NCBI GenBank assembly: GCA_051362555.1
Contig: CM120642.1
Location: forward strand, 15,128,001-15,192,000
Source: Lingula anatina
Lineage: Eukaryota > Animalia > Brachiopoda
Length of the DNA stretch: 64,000 nt
Direction of reading: 5' to 3'
The stretch's first letter is position 1; every line of letters starts with the position of its first letter. The notes under the pieces were generated by a model, which saw nothing but the letters and a program-made list of their open reading frames with translations, did not search any database and was not told the origin of the DNA. A program made the position numbers and the translations under genes. Shown here piece by piece: positions 1 to 14,700 of this stretch.

Positions 1-285
1 TAGTGTCCAGAAGGCGTGTTTAGTAAGGGGTGTTCACGCTATGCATTTACAGTATAGTCGTATTTTCAGCATCTTGTGGTTTCACTGCTTTTTTAAATAA
101 CGTCATTAAGTTAAGATCCACGCATGTTGATTTTTTTGGACATTTTTTAAACTCGGGATGATCATTCAGCAATGAGAAACGAGTTTGAAACAGTGATATA
201 ACCCTGGTGTTCTGGAATCATTTGTTTTTTATATCAAATCAAATTGTATCTTTTAACCGTGTTTGAAGAATATGCATAGAAGAAA

Positions 286-441
286 AGGATCTATAAATAT
301 TTTGATTTATCCTGTGAGAATGAGCGCATGTCACTTGAGATTTTTGCAGGCGAGCACGTTGGCCTAGGATCTAAAAATATTTTTGATTTATCCTGTGAGC
401 ATGAATGCATGCCACTTGAGATTTTTGCACGCAAGCACGTG
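286..441. repeat. Two-copy tandem repeat, ~80 bp unit
   Basis: AGGATCTA.AAATATTTTGATTTATCCTGTGAG.ATGA..GCATG.CACTTGAGATTTTTGCA.GC.AGCACGT occurs at ~286 and ~366. Confidence 0.8.
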
Positions 442-1683
442 GGACTGAAAAAATAACATTTTTACTTTAAATAACTTGACGGTGAAATTATTTCTAGCGA
501 TATTGATTAACTTGATATTATAAACAAACTTATTATTGGGTCAAATTTTGTACACATCAAAAGGAAGTAAAATACTTCAGCAAGAAATACATTTGTTTTC
601 CATGTTTTCCTTTTATAGTATTGCGTAAAGAAGTATTATATGTTTTCACATGAAATAATTGAATCACTTTATCTGTGTTTGACAAATAAACGGACACGGC
701 TCACTAGTTTAAAAAAGAGAAAATACATCAGTAAAGGTGACAAACAGTCATCCTTTTACCTCGTACACTAATCCAGGTCTTAACCACAAATAGCATAAAA
801 ACCGCAATAGAAGGAAAAGATGATGCTCGTGCCTTGCAACAAAAACCATTTTCGAAGAATGAGACCATCCAAATTGCCACATGATTACGAACTTTTAATA
901 GCATTTATTAAATAACTCTAACATATAGCAGGCAGTATTAAGTAACTGCCTAAAGATCAAGACCCGAATGCACAATATCAAATTATGCAAATGAGCATAT
1001 TTATAGCTCAAGATCAGGCTTGAAAAGAATACAAAATTACTATGAGAATGATTGTGAATTTTTTGTTGAAGAAAATTAGTATCATTCTATGTAAAACAAA
1101 GTCACAGTGGTGCAATCATTTTAATTTAAACTCTGTGTGTGGATGACCCGATAAATATGGACATGGGAATGCAATGCACTCTTTTATCAACTTCAAATCG
1201 TATGAAATTCAGAATGACGAATAAAAAAAGTTGCACCCAGCCCTACGTGTGTTCAGTAATGTTGCATCAAGTCTTACGAATCACCGAACAGAGGCAAAGA
1301 ACGACAATCATAATGAATGCAGAATGATATTACAAAATCTGCCAACGACGCAAAAAGACCGCAGTACCTTTTTTCAGCTCCGCTTCACAGCGTAACGTCA
1401 TTTTAAACACATTTATTTCTTCTCAATGTCCCATTTAGCCAAAAGGTAATACACATTCTAGGACGGGCAGTGAAGGCATGAGGTGTCGAAGATAGCAAGC
1501 CAAGTCCAAGGTAAGAGGGAAATTTGGGATTCATTAGATGAACCGAGTGTTATACATCGAGGAAACAAAAAGGCCGCCTCTTACTTATATGTCAAGTATT
1601 CATAATTTATTCATTTGTTTTTATCCTTTAGTTTTTTTTGTACTTGTAGCAAAATCAAAAGCCGTATACACCTTACTGTCTAC

Positions 1684-1915
1684 TTCACCTGAGGAATTAA
1701 GGCGTTATAGCTGGGTCGGTATAACTCCGCAGGGGATTTTAGCTAAAGTGCAATCAGTGGAATCAGCTTAATCAGCACACGATAGTTTATTACCTCCTAC
1801 CTTCTCGAGTAGGCGTGTCAGGCAATTAAGCTGATTACACTGATTACACTATAGCGAGAATCCCCGGCAGAGTTGGACCGACCAAGCTTTAGACTGAATA
1901 AATGCTCGGATGAGG
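1684..1915. mobile_element. Degenerate palindromic MITE-like element
   Basis: Imperfect inverted arms, e.g. GGGGATTTTAGCTAAAGTGCAATCAGTGGAATCAGCTTAAT versus ATTAAGCTGATTACACTGATTACACTATAGCGAGAATCCCC. Confidence 0.6.
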
Positions 1916-3858
1916 ATTATAAAATTGCCAAGAAATCCCTCGTCAGAATAATGATGATATTAAGACATTTAAATGAGGACACAAACCTTACTCTGGTTGA
2001 CTATAAATTCTAATCATAAGTAAACATAAATGAACTGCATAAGTGCTTGATTTAATCGATGTAAAGTATAAATATATCGTCATATACGTATACTTGTGAT
2101 TGTGTACAAATTGCTAATAAAAACAGAGACAGTGTTAGAATAATTGTATAGAGGTTGTGGATACTTAGGCTGGGTATTCTCATACTGACCTATAGTGCAT
2201 GCATGCTGCGGTGGACCAAAATAAAACGTCTACAGACATGAAGATTATTTATTAGTGGTCAACTTTACCCTCAATTTACCCTCGCAAGCTTCATGTTACC
2301 CTGGTAAACTCCATTCATCAGCCTGAAAACCATTGTAAACGGTCAGTTTGAAAGAAACTCGCCCTTCCTTTCTCATTTTTGTAACGTTTCTCACCTGGTT
2401 AACTACTTAAAAAAATGATGACAGGCCTCGGATGCAAAGCCGACCCTTGCCTCCTTGGTGTGGGGTTCGGTGTTTTGGAGAACAAGCGGAGCCATTTTGT
2501 GCGCTTTAAAGCTATGATTCAACTCTTCAAAATGCTAATATCAAGAGGGGAATATTGGGGTGATTTTTTTCCAGAAACCGAAGGGGGGTCTGACCCCCCC
2601 CCCTTCGGTTTCTGGAAAAAATCACACCAATGTTACCCCCCAAAGAAATCACACCAATCCCCCCCCCCCAAAAAAAAAAAAAAAAAATCCGCCACTGGTA
2701 TACACGCATGTTTAAGGCTCACTCATTTTTCATAACTTCAATTTGTGTTATACTTTAACTCATTCATTTGTCATTTGTCTAAATTTCACTTTTTCTATTT
2801 AATTATTTGTGTGAATGCAGGCATGTTCATATAAAACATATCATTAAGCTTTACATAATAAATGTACAGCCTATTCCTAGTTTCCCCTTTCTTCATCTGT
2901 AGATGTGTCTGTCCACACTAACTAGGGAAGTAATGGAAATTGATGTGGAAACTAATTCATTTTCTATTAACCTGTTATTAATTTGGCGATTGCATGTCTA
3001 ACAGTTGGAAATTCAAAAAAATAAATGCACATCTTTCCCAAACAACTAAGTTCTTAGCCTTATACAGTGTATACACACAAGCCTACTTGTCATGCTGCGA
3101 CGAGGCACATTACCATAAACTGGATGCTTTACTGCACGCGCTGATGCGTTCAGCACCATGTCCATTACATGTATTTATCAAGTCTTACAAAAGTTTCAAA
3201 TAAATCATGGACAATGTGCGTTTAATTCCACCAAGGAGTGTTTACTGGTTTATCGAAAGTGCGAGCAAACAGTATATTACGTACTATCATTTCTATCTTA
3301 ATATGATGTTTTGGTTGTTTTACACCTTTTTTGCATTATCATCACGTCTTTTTGCAATCTATAGTATACAGACCTTTAACACGCTCAGACATGCAGTTAC
3401 TAGATAGCAGCTTCCTATAGCCACGTGCACGCTTTCGTGTCCTTTTATTATTTACGAGGCTTATTCTACGAAAATACGTCAGGATGCTGTCCATCCAGTT
3501 TGACTAATTTTCATTTATTTGAAAAAAGATATTCAGAGCACCTACGTGGGTTCTTTTCAGAATGATGGTGTAAACACGTAAAATACATTTTTCTTGGAGA
3601 GCCACTGTTTGTTTCAATTAACAAATCATTAAAGTAAAGGAATACAATAATCGTTTTTATTTACCTTCAGGATAATACATGTACGGCATGATTCACGCAA
3701 GTAGTAACGTGCAGTCTGTAGATCTCTGGGTCAAAAGCGCAATTCAATATTCAAAGGACAAAAAATATTTGCAATTTTCAGTTGTATTGCAAAATATGTC
3801 ATAGTTATGTGACCCTCTTTATGTATTTGGTGAAAGTGTTTATTTTGTGTTTGCCCTC

Positions 3859-3902
<44 letters not shown>

Positions 3903-4283
3903 GTCCGAAAGTCATAGCTCATGTTTGTATGGGTGTACCGCGACAACCACAGAATAACGATTAGCAATAAACGGCATTCCCAACTCAAAATATGCCATCT
4001 GATGATCCTCTGATGATCCTGTGCACTTTCAAATGTATTCTACATGATGAAATATTACATTGAACACAGATTGAATTCTATGTGGTATATAATTCAACTT
4101 ATGTGACCATTTTAATTAGGCCCATGCCAATGAGTGTTTTGAATCTAAGAGAATGTCCCTTACCCCCCACCACACCGCCTCCACCCCGCCTCCCATTTGA
4201 CCCATCTCTCATCTTCTGTGAGTTGACCCATGCTCATATCGTTTAAGAAATATAACAGCTATACTTTACATTTTCAGGATATC

Positions 4284-7200
4284 ATGGAATTGAATCAGTT
4301 GCATTCGATGAGAGAACTCGAATCCAATGTTGATGAACCCGGAAAGGATATCAATGGAATATATCCAAACGCAAATATAGATCCTTCCAATGATGCCTGT
4401 CCCAAAGTTGGACGATACTCGACTTTATCAGATGATTCTGTTGACACACACTCCTTCAATGAGAGAGTTACGCGCACCCATTACCATAAAACTCGAAGGC
4501 GTTTCAAACAGGTGTGCCTAATAACGACCGTTGCGATAGCGGTGATCCTATCTGTCGCGGCAATCGTTGTGATTGTGCTCTTCACTACCGGGCCGATCCA
4601 ACGAGAAAAGGCTACAGCGCCACAGGTAGGCCTTATTCGAGGTGCTTCACGCACGTTTTGGTGGGTGGATGCAAGGGAGACATTTTGTGTGGGGTGTGTA
4701 TGGTCTAGTGGGTCTAGAGTATAAGGCATGGGCGTGCGAAAAGCCAGCTGTCCAAAGTATCGAAGGCAAATATCATTAGAAAGAAATTGCTGGTGTCAAT
4801 CGGTAAAATTCACTTTTTCCAACTAGGCCTACTGGGAACGTTAACGTTATTCATCACAGTATCATTACCAGAGATTAATCAACCAAAGTCAACTATAACT
4901 GTAAGATGTTTCAATAATGTTTTGTAGATGAAGAAAATTATTAGACCTAGTTATTATAACCCTATGATTTACATGTACCCTCGTTGGTTTGCTTTTGGCC
5001 TATGAAACCAGGGTTTGCTCTAAAGTAATGTTTAACATCAGCAATAATGCCAGCTCAGGGCAAGGTGCAAATTCATATTTTAAGTATGACAGATCGCTTA
5101 ACTTGCATAACGACAGTTAAACAGAGAGGGACCACAGACCATTCTTTAAATGTATGTCCTCTATTCGTAGGCTCTTAAAAGCGACCTTGACGAGTCAAGG
5201 GTCGGAAGCTGTCACGTCGAAAACATTGGAATAGCAGATGCGTCCGCAGTGCCTTACAGAAGGGGCTCCGTTGTGTCTTTCAATAACATCTATGGCTGCT
5301 CTCGTCGGAATCAAAACCTTCATTACGAGATTCACGTGCTGGGGGTGACGTCAAGCGTCTCATCTGACGTCAGCATCGATGTCATACTGAACAAACGGGG
5401 TCCACTCACCGGTGATTTGATGGTTGTGTTGCTGTCCAACACTAATACAAATTGGACATTACAGAAAACAGATGCATTATCTCAGGAAATTACCCTTGTA
5501 TATGTAAGTGGACGTCAACATCGGTTACAAAATAAGAATATCATGTTGAAATCATACATAAAGCGATATGTATTCATTTACACATGGAATAGAGATAAAG
5601 CAAAATAGAAATACTAGTAGCACGTTTACCGATAGATTAACGAAGTTAAACAGAATTAAGCTGAACATTCATCTATGTTGTGTTTATTTCTTTAGTGCAG
5701 GCGTGATAGTGTTATCACAAAACAGAAATTAGTTCAGCGGGTCCCTTACTTTTGTTCCAAAGATGGCGACTTTGCCGTAGACGTGGTTTCTAATATCATC
5801 AGTAACATAAATTCTCGTTATGGCGAGATCACGTCGTATACCTACACTCAACAGTGTGAAAAGTGGGTGCTATATTTTGGGGAAGCTCAACAAGGTAAAT
5901 ATTATTTTGAGAAAAATAAACATATTAGGTATATAAAACAAACTTTCGATAAAATTACGTGCATCCTTGCGCATTTATGATAAAAAATGTAAATAATCGC
6001 GCTGTTTATATATAGTTACCTCTTTACAAAATTACACTGGTTCAAAAAACATTTTATATTACAGGTATTTAATCGCTTAATATTTCACTTTCAAATAAGT
6101 CACTGAAGATTTCAAGCTATAACCAGGAATGGTTTCTTTTTACCACCAGCTACCACCGAGAAACCCGAAAAAGAAATGACCACCCAAGCATTAGGTGTAC
6201 TCGAAAATGCCAACATTTCTAACGTGCGGTTAGCCGACAGTTGGGATACGTCATCTGGCCATGTCCAAGTTTATATACAACAGAAGTGGTACTATTTATG
6301 CAACAGATTATTTTCTCCCAATGATGGCACTGTCATTTGCAAAACATTGGGATTTGGGTAAGTGAGTTTGCTGCAGGTGGTGCATTCTTTACACTTAAAA
6401 GGTGCGTTCACAAAGAATCTGTCGAACTAGGTAGTTCGATCTAACTCCGCGGTGACTGTCGCTGAATGCAATCATAATAAAAGATTGTCGATGAAAATCA
6501 TCTTTCGAGACAACATCGTGATTACATTCTGAAGCAAATAAAATATTGTGTAGGTGAAATCATTCTGACATGCATGTATTGGGAAAAAGAGAAACAGCAA
6601 ATTAAAACTGAAAATGTATATTTTACGTGTTTTTTTATTATTTACAGAGATCGTGCCAGCGTGCATGTGGGATCATATTTCAGCACCCCAGTTGTCCCGC
6701 CCTTAAACCTCGGTCTACACTGCACGGGAAATGAATCGTCCGTCTACCAGTGTCTCTATAAGGAGAACTTATCCTCTCCCTGCTCTGTTAACGAATTGAC
6801 TTCGCTTACATGCACACCGGGTAAAAGCATAACTTAGAATGTATAAATGTTTATTTGTAAAAAGGGAGGAGCGGGGTGCACATCAAAGAAACGTTGTTCG
6901 TACGTACGCCTCACTTAATTGCTGAAGTTGCACCATTTTCTCTCCATTTTCAATTTGCTAGAAAATTTGCTGAAAGACATAAATTTCAACACAGTTATTG
7001 CACTATATAAATCTGAATTCCTTTCACAGAATTAACGACCACTACTGAACCAAGTAAGAGTAATATCCGGAATGTATCTGGCGTTCGTCTGGCTGATGGA
7101 ACGGTCAAGAATATCGGACATGTCCAGCTTCTTATCGGTGATAACTGGTATTACCTATGCAATGACCGCTTTGAGGTGGCTGATGCCAAAGTTATCTGTA

Positions 7201-10200
7201 GAACCCTGGGAATGGGGTAAATAATATCTTCACTTTTTCACTTGATTTACCGGTATTACACCTTGCTATATCCACAACTTAGTACTTATGTTTTTTTTTC
7301 ACATAGGGTCTCAGCATCACTGGACATTTATTTGAAAATGCACATTACAGATGTTGAAATAATGTTTCTTCCATATACAAGGACATTACAGACGGGAAAA
7401 ACTATATAACCGGTGAACAAATACATGCACTTCTAAACCGTAACATATTATCATATTCGCTTTCAAATTTACTTATATATAATGAGTTTTATATATAAAC
7501 TTCTTGCAGAAACCAGGCGCGTATACGGCGTGTGATACAGTACAGTGCTGTAGACTCTGTCCCCATGAGTGTGGAGTTACACTGCGAAGGAACAGAGTCG
7601 GATGTACGGAACTGCCCATACCAAACTTGGAGCCCTTTCCGACAGTCGTGTGACAAGAAAAATATTGTTTTCATGGAGTGTGTGCAAGGTAGGCCTACAT
7701 ACCGGTATAGTAATACAGTGCATGACGCCAATACAAAGATTAGCTTGATATGTAGCTATTGATATGTAGATTTACTTCATACATGATGTAGTGTGTTTAT
7801 TGTGTTATCCAATCAAATACAAAATGAAAAAAAAAAAGAATTTAAAACAGGAAAAAATCCGATGATTATTACCTCTGATATCAACTCCGACTATTATCTT
7901 GTAAGAAAGCCAATCTTACATAACAGCATGCCACAGTAACAACAGAACTGGGCATATTGAGTAGTATTTAACGTTTGACTTGTTTTTTTTATTAAAAATA
8001 ACAATCAGAATTCGTTGTTTTATTAAGGCAAACCACATTTTCAATTATTTTCATCTCGTGCTCATAATTACGATGCAGCGTAGATCTCAAGATCTCCAAG
8101 TACAATTACAATGACGAAAGTTCAAATTGTCAAATTGCATTATAATGTAATCTAATATAACCATCTCTTGTTACTTAAAACTATTCTTAAATACGGTAAA
8201 AAAAAGAAATTATATCTTTCACCTGTGTGTTGCTTGTAAAAATAAGATGAAGAGTTAACGAATGATCGAAACGTTCTACCTTTCAGGCATATGAAAACCT
8301 GTTTATATTATCTCTTTAAATTGGTCGATTTTTTTACACTATTCTCAACCACTGAAGCCACCACGACTGTTCAGCCGACCATTCCAAGTCTATCACAAAT
8401 CTCAGACGTGCGCCTGGTAAATGGCAGCACAAGGTACGAGGGCAACGTTCAGGTGAGGTATGGGTCACATTGGCGCTACGTCTGTGACTATTCTTGGGGA
8501 GTCGAGGATGGGAATGTCGTCTGCCAACAGCTAGGGTTTGGGTAAGTCTAAGAAATTGTCCAATTCGCTGAAAATAGAGATTTGAAAATATAAAAAGGAA
8601 CTAGTACGTTCTTTGTCACATACCGTCCCTTACTGCTGCACTTTGAACGAAATAATGAAATTGAGAAATATAGCTGTCCCAGTAAGTCAACAGAGATGTA
8701 TTCTTGGACCGTGGAATTTAAGGGTCAACATTTAAGGCTAAAATGGTGGTGCAATACACGTGACCTGCATGGTTTTCGCTATGACTTACAAAATATGGCG
8801 TCGGCAACCTACCTATTTAGGAATGCATGTTACACAATATAATACCAGATATTTCAGTCGTATCTATGTCGATCTTCTCTTGTTTAGACCGGCAAGCCAA
8901 GTCAACTTTAATTCATACTTTGGAAGTCCGCCTGACGATTCTACGGCAGATATCAGTCTCAGCTGCTCGGGCACAGAGAAAAGTGTTGGAGAGTGCCGCT
9001 ATTCAACCATGTTTGAGCGTTCCTTCTGCTCTAACACTGATGTGGCTGGGTTATCTTGCCACGTGGGTAGGTACCACGTATATTCCAGCTTTTTTAACCA
9101 CACAGGTGTATAGGTTGGATGCCCTTCTTAATTCTTCATACATTTTGCGAATCGAGGCAGTTTGTTTGACTTGCGAGGACCTTCAGCTTGATTTGTCCAA
9201 AAGATATTCTAATTTGCATGCTTACATAAAAATGATCTCATCTTATATGTATATGTGACATTCAGTAAGTTGCGCGCGCGTGTGTTAATTTTGCCAAGGT
9301 TACCATTTCTAAGATTCCTAACGTACATTATTATTGAATGCAAACAACATTTATAGTACCGATTTATTTCCAACTATGATTTTCACAGAGGAGGTTCTGT
9401 CCGATGGCTTTAACTGCACATTTGATAGAGGCATGTGTGGGATTAAATTGGATCTAACATCGTCATACAAGTGGGGTAGGGGAAGCGGAGGGACGCCAAC
9501 AGCAAAGACCGGACCTTCTGCTGACCATACGACTGGGACCGGTAGGTTTTGGGTAATGTTATCACTTCAGAACTTACATTTTTATGATTATGTATCGTTC
9601 CTATGTCCCTTAGAGAAAACCTGTTTAATAGTCATATCACGAATATATTAGTAATTTGTGATACAAGGAGAAACTAAAAAGATACTCTTTTGCTTCGTTC
9701 AATAATTGCAATGTAGTATAGTGAGATTTCCACAAAATGTGAGTGGTAGGGGTATTTTGGGGAAAAAGTTGGGAACCAGGCTTATTAGCATAATTTTGGC
9801 ACGCTGAATCCGATTAACTCGGTTTCCAAGCAAAATGTTGCGTTTTTAACTGTCTAATTTGCAAAAACAAAATGGCCGCCAGATTTCCAATTTACCGGAA
9901 TATCTCTGTAACTAGACAGGCGAATATGACAAATGAAGTGTCTTTAACTATATTTTCAGGGTCGAGGAATATTATTAAGATATTTCTGATATAATTAGAT
10001 TTACACAATTTTTCTTAATATGCAAATTAGAAATACGCCATTACAGAAAAAGCGTTTCACTGTAACTAGGATGCAAACATGACACATGAAGTGCCCCCAC
10101 CCATGTTCTTAGGTTCTCATGAGAATTGGTTCCCAACTTTTACCCCCAAATGCCCTTGCTTCTAATGCAGGGCCTTTTTCAAAAATCCCACTAGACTAAT

Positions 10201-11667
10201 GACGGGGCGAGGAGTAACCCGAAATGAAAGTGAGGTTATTAGAAAAGCAGAATGCTGCGAGAAAGCATTTGATTAGTATGAACATGACAGAAACATTTCT
10301 TTTGTGCAACAGGGCATTTAATGAAGGTGGGGTTAGATAAGTGCAAAAAATATTGCTTCAGTGTACCCGTTGGTATCTTTCTAGGCTACTATGCCTTTTA
10401 TGAGTCAAGTGTCGGCTACAGTGGAATCAGTGCAAAGATGACCACGCCCACTATCCTGGTGAACAGTTCTAACTCCACCCCCGTCTACAATGTCTCCTTC
10501 TGGTACCATATGCACGGCAAGGGAATGGGAACACTAAGAGTCAAGCAGAAAGATAACTATGAGAGCGTCATTTGGCTACGGAGCGGGCCGCAAGGGGACG
10601 CTTGGCTTCATGAAGAGCTGCACATTATGGCGGAAGAAAACTTCAGCGTAGGTGGTCATCTCTTGCACAATAATAATATGGCATTGTATTGTCATACAAT
10701 GCAGATGTTGATAAAGGCGCGGTTGTACTGAAAAGACGCATGGGATTGTTTTTTTTTATTATTATTTTTAGGTGGAGTGGGAACATTTACAAAAGAAGTT
10801 GTCGTTTAACCACTCCAAGTTTATTTTCAGATCGTTTTTGAATATGTTAGAGGGTCAAGCTTCTTAGCAGATGTTGCCGTAGATGATATATACATCAACC
10901 AGATTTTCAGTAAGTTTCATTTCAGGCCAAATTAATGTAGGCTATTAACCTATTTTGATCTTTTGGAGGCATGTAACTACCCTTTAATAAAACGTAGGTG
11001 ACCATAACAAAAGTTAACATGGTTTCTTCAAATTAAATCCTACAAATTGTGTCACTGTTGCACATTATTCCCTTTGTTTCAGATGCTGTTAATGTCACCG
11101 TTCCTGACAGGGCTGAAGGTAGGTGGCCTTGACCTGTGTATCTCTAAGAATGTATAGCAAGAATTTATTGACAATGTTCTGCACCTAACTTCAACCTTTC
11201 TGCTCTAACATGTAATATACACTGCATCAAGATATACATGCAATTCCAAATGTTTACGTTGCAGTATACATATCAGCGAGCCACGCAGACGACATTTTTC
11301 GAGAAATAATTTAAATGTATAAGTGTATACTGTATGTTTTTTCAGTGAGACTGGTAGGTGGCAGCACCAGACGTGAGGGAAGAGTAGAGGTATTCTACAT
11401 GGGGCACTGGGGAACTATCTGTGACGACGGGTTCACTATGTCTGCCGCGCGGCTGGTTTGTAGACTGGTTGGTTTTAGGTAAGTGTAGGGCGCGGTTGGG
11501 TATTTTATATCATATATAAAAAATCGTTTAATACCATTACATTCATACAATTGAAAAGGTGTAGGTGTCCCACATGTAGATGATTCTTTAGTTCAATGCG
11601 TCTCCCTGCATGTTTCCGTACTGATAACGTCAAGGGTGCCTTAAAGACATATTCTTGTTGTGGGCTT

Positions 11668-11722
<55 letters not shown>

Positions 11723-14700
11723 ATGGGCAATTATCTTACTTCACCATAGCGCAATATTTTATTTTCTGAACGACAATAAGTGAACTTTACCAATAATGTG
11801 ACTTTTACTTTTAAGCATATTTATTGTGACCTGCTTCACTACACCCTTGATATTATTATTATTATTTTTTTATTATTATTATTATCGATACTGTAAGTTT
11901 AATAGCACATGCACTACAAACGAATGATAAAAGTAACTAAAACAATTTGACATTGACCACTAAAACAAACATAAGAAATCATTCAGTTTCTTTAAAATAG
12001 TTCAGTAACATAACAGAAGAATTCTTCATTTTTCTTTCCTTCCGCCTGTCCCTCTTGCAGCGATGCAGTGCATTTCAAGGGGAGAAGTCACTATGGTCGA
12101 GGCACAGACCAAATATGGCTCAGTAATCTGAACTGCAATGGCTCGGAGATTTCAATAGACGAATGTCTTCACGGTGGGTGGGGTACACACAGCTGTTCAC
12201 ACAGAGAGGACGTGGGAGTACTGTGCAGAGATCCAGGTAGGACCGACAATAAGTATGCAAAAAAAAAAAAACATACATTTCCTGAAGTAAACGGTATTTT
12301 TCTCTGACTGACCAACATTTCATCCTCCTTTCCTGCAACTCGCCATCCCTTTGTAAAAATTTGGGATAACTAAAAAGTCCTTTCTTTTTCATGTAGATTA
12401 GGGCTAAGCATTAGTTTTTTTCCTTTGACAGGAAATGAAATAATTGAGTGTTCGTTCGAGGGAGGCCTGTGTAACTTTACGCAGGACGCTACAGACGACG
12501 CGGACTGGGTGCTTCACACTGGGGCCACGCCTACTTCCGGCACGGGTCCGAGCTCAGATCACACTCTACAAAATTCACAAGGTAATGTCGTGAACCCAAC
12601 AAAAAAGTAAACACCCAGGGTTTTTCAACTCTCAATATATTGCCTGAATGAATTGGGTAACTCGTGTTGCTCAATGAAGCTGTGTTAGAATCAAAATTAT
12701 TTAGATAAGGCGACCATATTACCACCGACATATTAAATATACCTGAAAACATCTACGATAGATGAATGTACCAATGAAATACACTCAGGATCAAAATTGT
12801 CGCTCTAGAAATGCTTGCGTACGAATCATGCCTTCTTTCTGCCCTATCCAGGTTACTATGTCTACCTTGAATCCACGACTATCTCGGTGAACTCTTCGGC
12901 TCGGCTCGTGTCGCCGCTGATCGATGTCAACGCCACGAGGGACTATAACATCTCCTTCTGGTTCCATATGCAGGGATCGGATATGGGGAGGCTTAGAGTC
13001 ATAGTTTCACAGAACAACACAAACAAAACTCATTTTGACTTACCAAAAGAAGGGGCCTCACGGTGGCTCTTCTACTCTTTCAATGTCACCGTTTATTCAC
13101 CTTTTCAGGTTTGTGACCATTTACTTGAAAATATTTCAAGAACACCGTTGTTTAGACAAATTTATGTGTTACTTTAAAGGTATGCGGTGTTAGGTTCTTT
13201 ATATTCGATATGAGGTAGGGCACACTTTTGTTCTACAAATGAACATGACATACGGCACGCTTTTTACGCTAACATTGCGGGCAGTGATGCATTACAAAAA
13301 ATTTGGTCAATTTTTTTTTTTTCATTTTTAATTTATTTATTTTAAAGTCGAGTGATGTAAAACTGAGTTTCTTATTACTTTCAAATCAGGTTATCTTTGA
13401 GGGAATCCGCGGTAGTGGTGTCAGGTCGGACATAGCACTTGACGACATAGCAATCTCACCTAGTAAGTTCATAAAATATTTGCCGAACAAGAAAAGTCTG
13501 AATGTCAGGAATGGTGTATATTATTAAGTAAAAATACATATCGGGTATGACAAGTAGTGTACTGTGTTTAACCGTTTTTATATCTTAAATTAGGTTCGTT
13601 GACCATTTGAATACCCTTACATTAATTTAACCAGTTTATATGAATCATTATAGTCACAACATTAGATGAACAATATGTTTTTTTTTCTTTTTCAAAGACT
13701 AAATGTTAACATCCCAGATATATCGTTTTATTGAAATTGTGCGTTTCCATGCTGTACACCGTATAGTAAAACAAAATACATTTTAACGAACTACTTTTAA
13801 CTCACAGGTAATTTCAGCGGTTTACAATCGGACGTCTCTTTGCGTCTGTCGGAGGGGTTTGAAGACTGGGAAGGAAGAGTTGAGATCTACTATAAGGGCG
13901 TCTGGGGAACCGTGTGCGACGATGAATGGGACATTGATGACGCAAACGTCGTGTGCCGAGCTTTGGGTTACAGGTAAACAGATATACAATAAGGAGTTTA
14001 CTGTTTTCAAACAGAAAATATTCAGTGAACCACCTTTAGCTGCAGTTGTGATTTAATGTATTCTAGTTTATGATGTCACACAGGGATATATGGGTTGCGG
14101 TTTATTTTAATTCATTAATTCCCCTAAAAACGAAAATTCTCTTGTAATCTTGTAACTATTGATCATTAAAATTCAATTATTAAACTAGTGAATCATTCCA
14201 TCATATCATGCGCATGCTCAACCCATAATATATATAGGCCTACCATAGAACTGAATTTGTTGTTCGTTCGTATTGGCTTGCACTTGCCTTTTTGAGCTGC
14301 GCTAATAGTTAACCGTCATAGTGTAATAAATGACATCCTCGTTCCTTACACAGTGGAGCGGAGGCCGCTTACAAAGCAGCAGCCTTTGGCGGAGGAACTG
14401 GTCGTATCTGGCTGGATAACGTGATGTGCCTCGGGTTCGAGCCGTCCCTAGAATACTGTGGACATAACGGCTGGGGAGTTGAGAACTGTGGACACAGTGA
14501 AGATGCCGGTGTCAGTTGCACAGTTCCAGGTGCGTCATTAATGACATGGAGTAGCCAGGCAGGCACCCAGCCAACACGGAGCGTTATTTTAACGTTACCA
14601 TAACGTTTATATAACCAAAAAGCCTTTTGATAACGTTATGATAACGTTACAAAAATGTTCTGTGTTTGCTAGGCAGGCAGCAAACTAAATGTTTGTTTTT

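Noticed and set aside
1139-3988. Short ORFs upstream of the receptor gene
   Set aside because: Low-complexity or repeat-derived, with no recognisable motifs or consistent splice structure.
3999-4021. CTGATGATCCT duplicated, containing the hammerhead CUGAUGA
   Set aside because: No stem II or GAAA follows; a simple short duplication.
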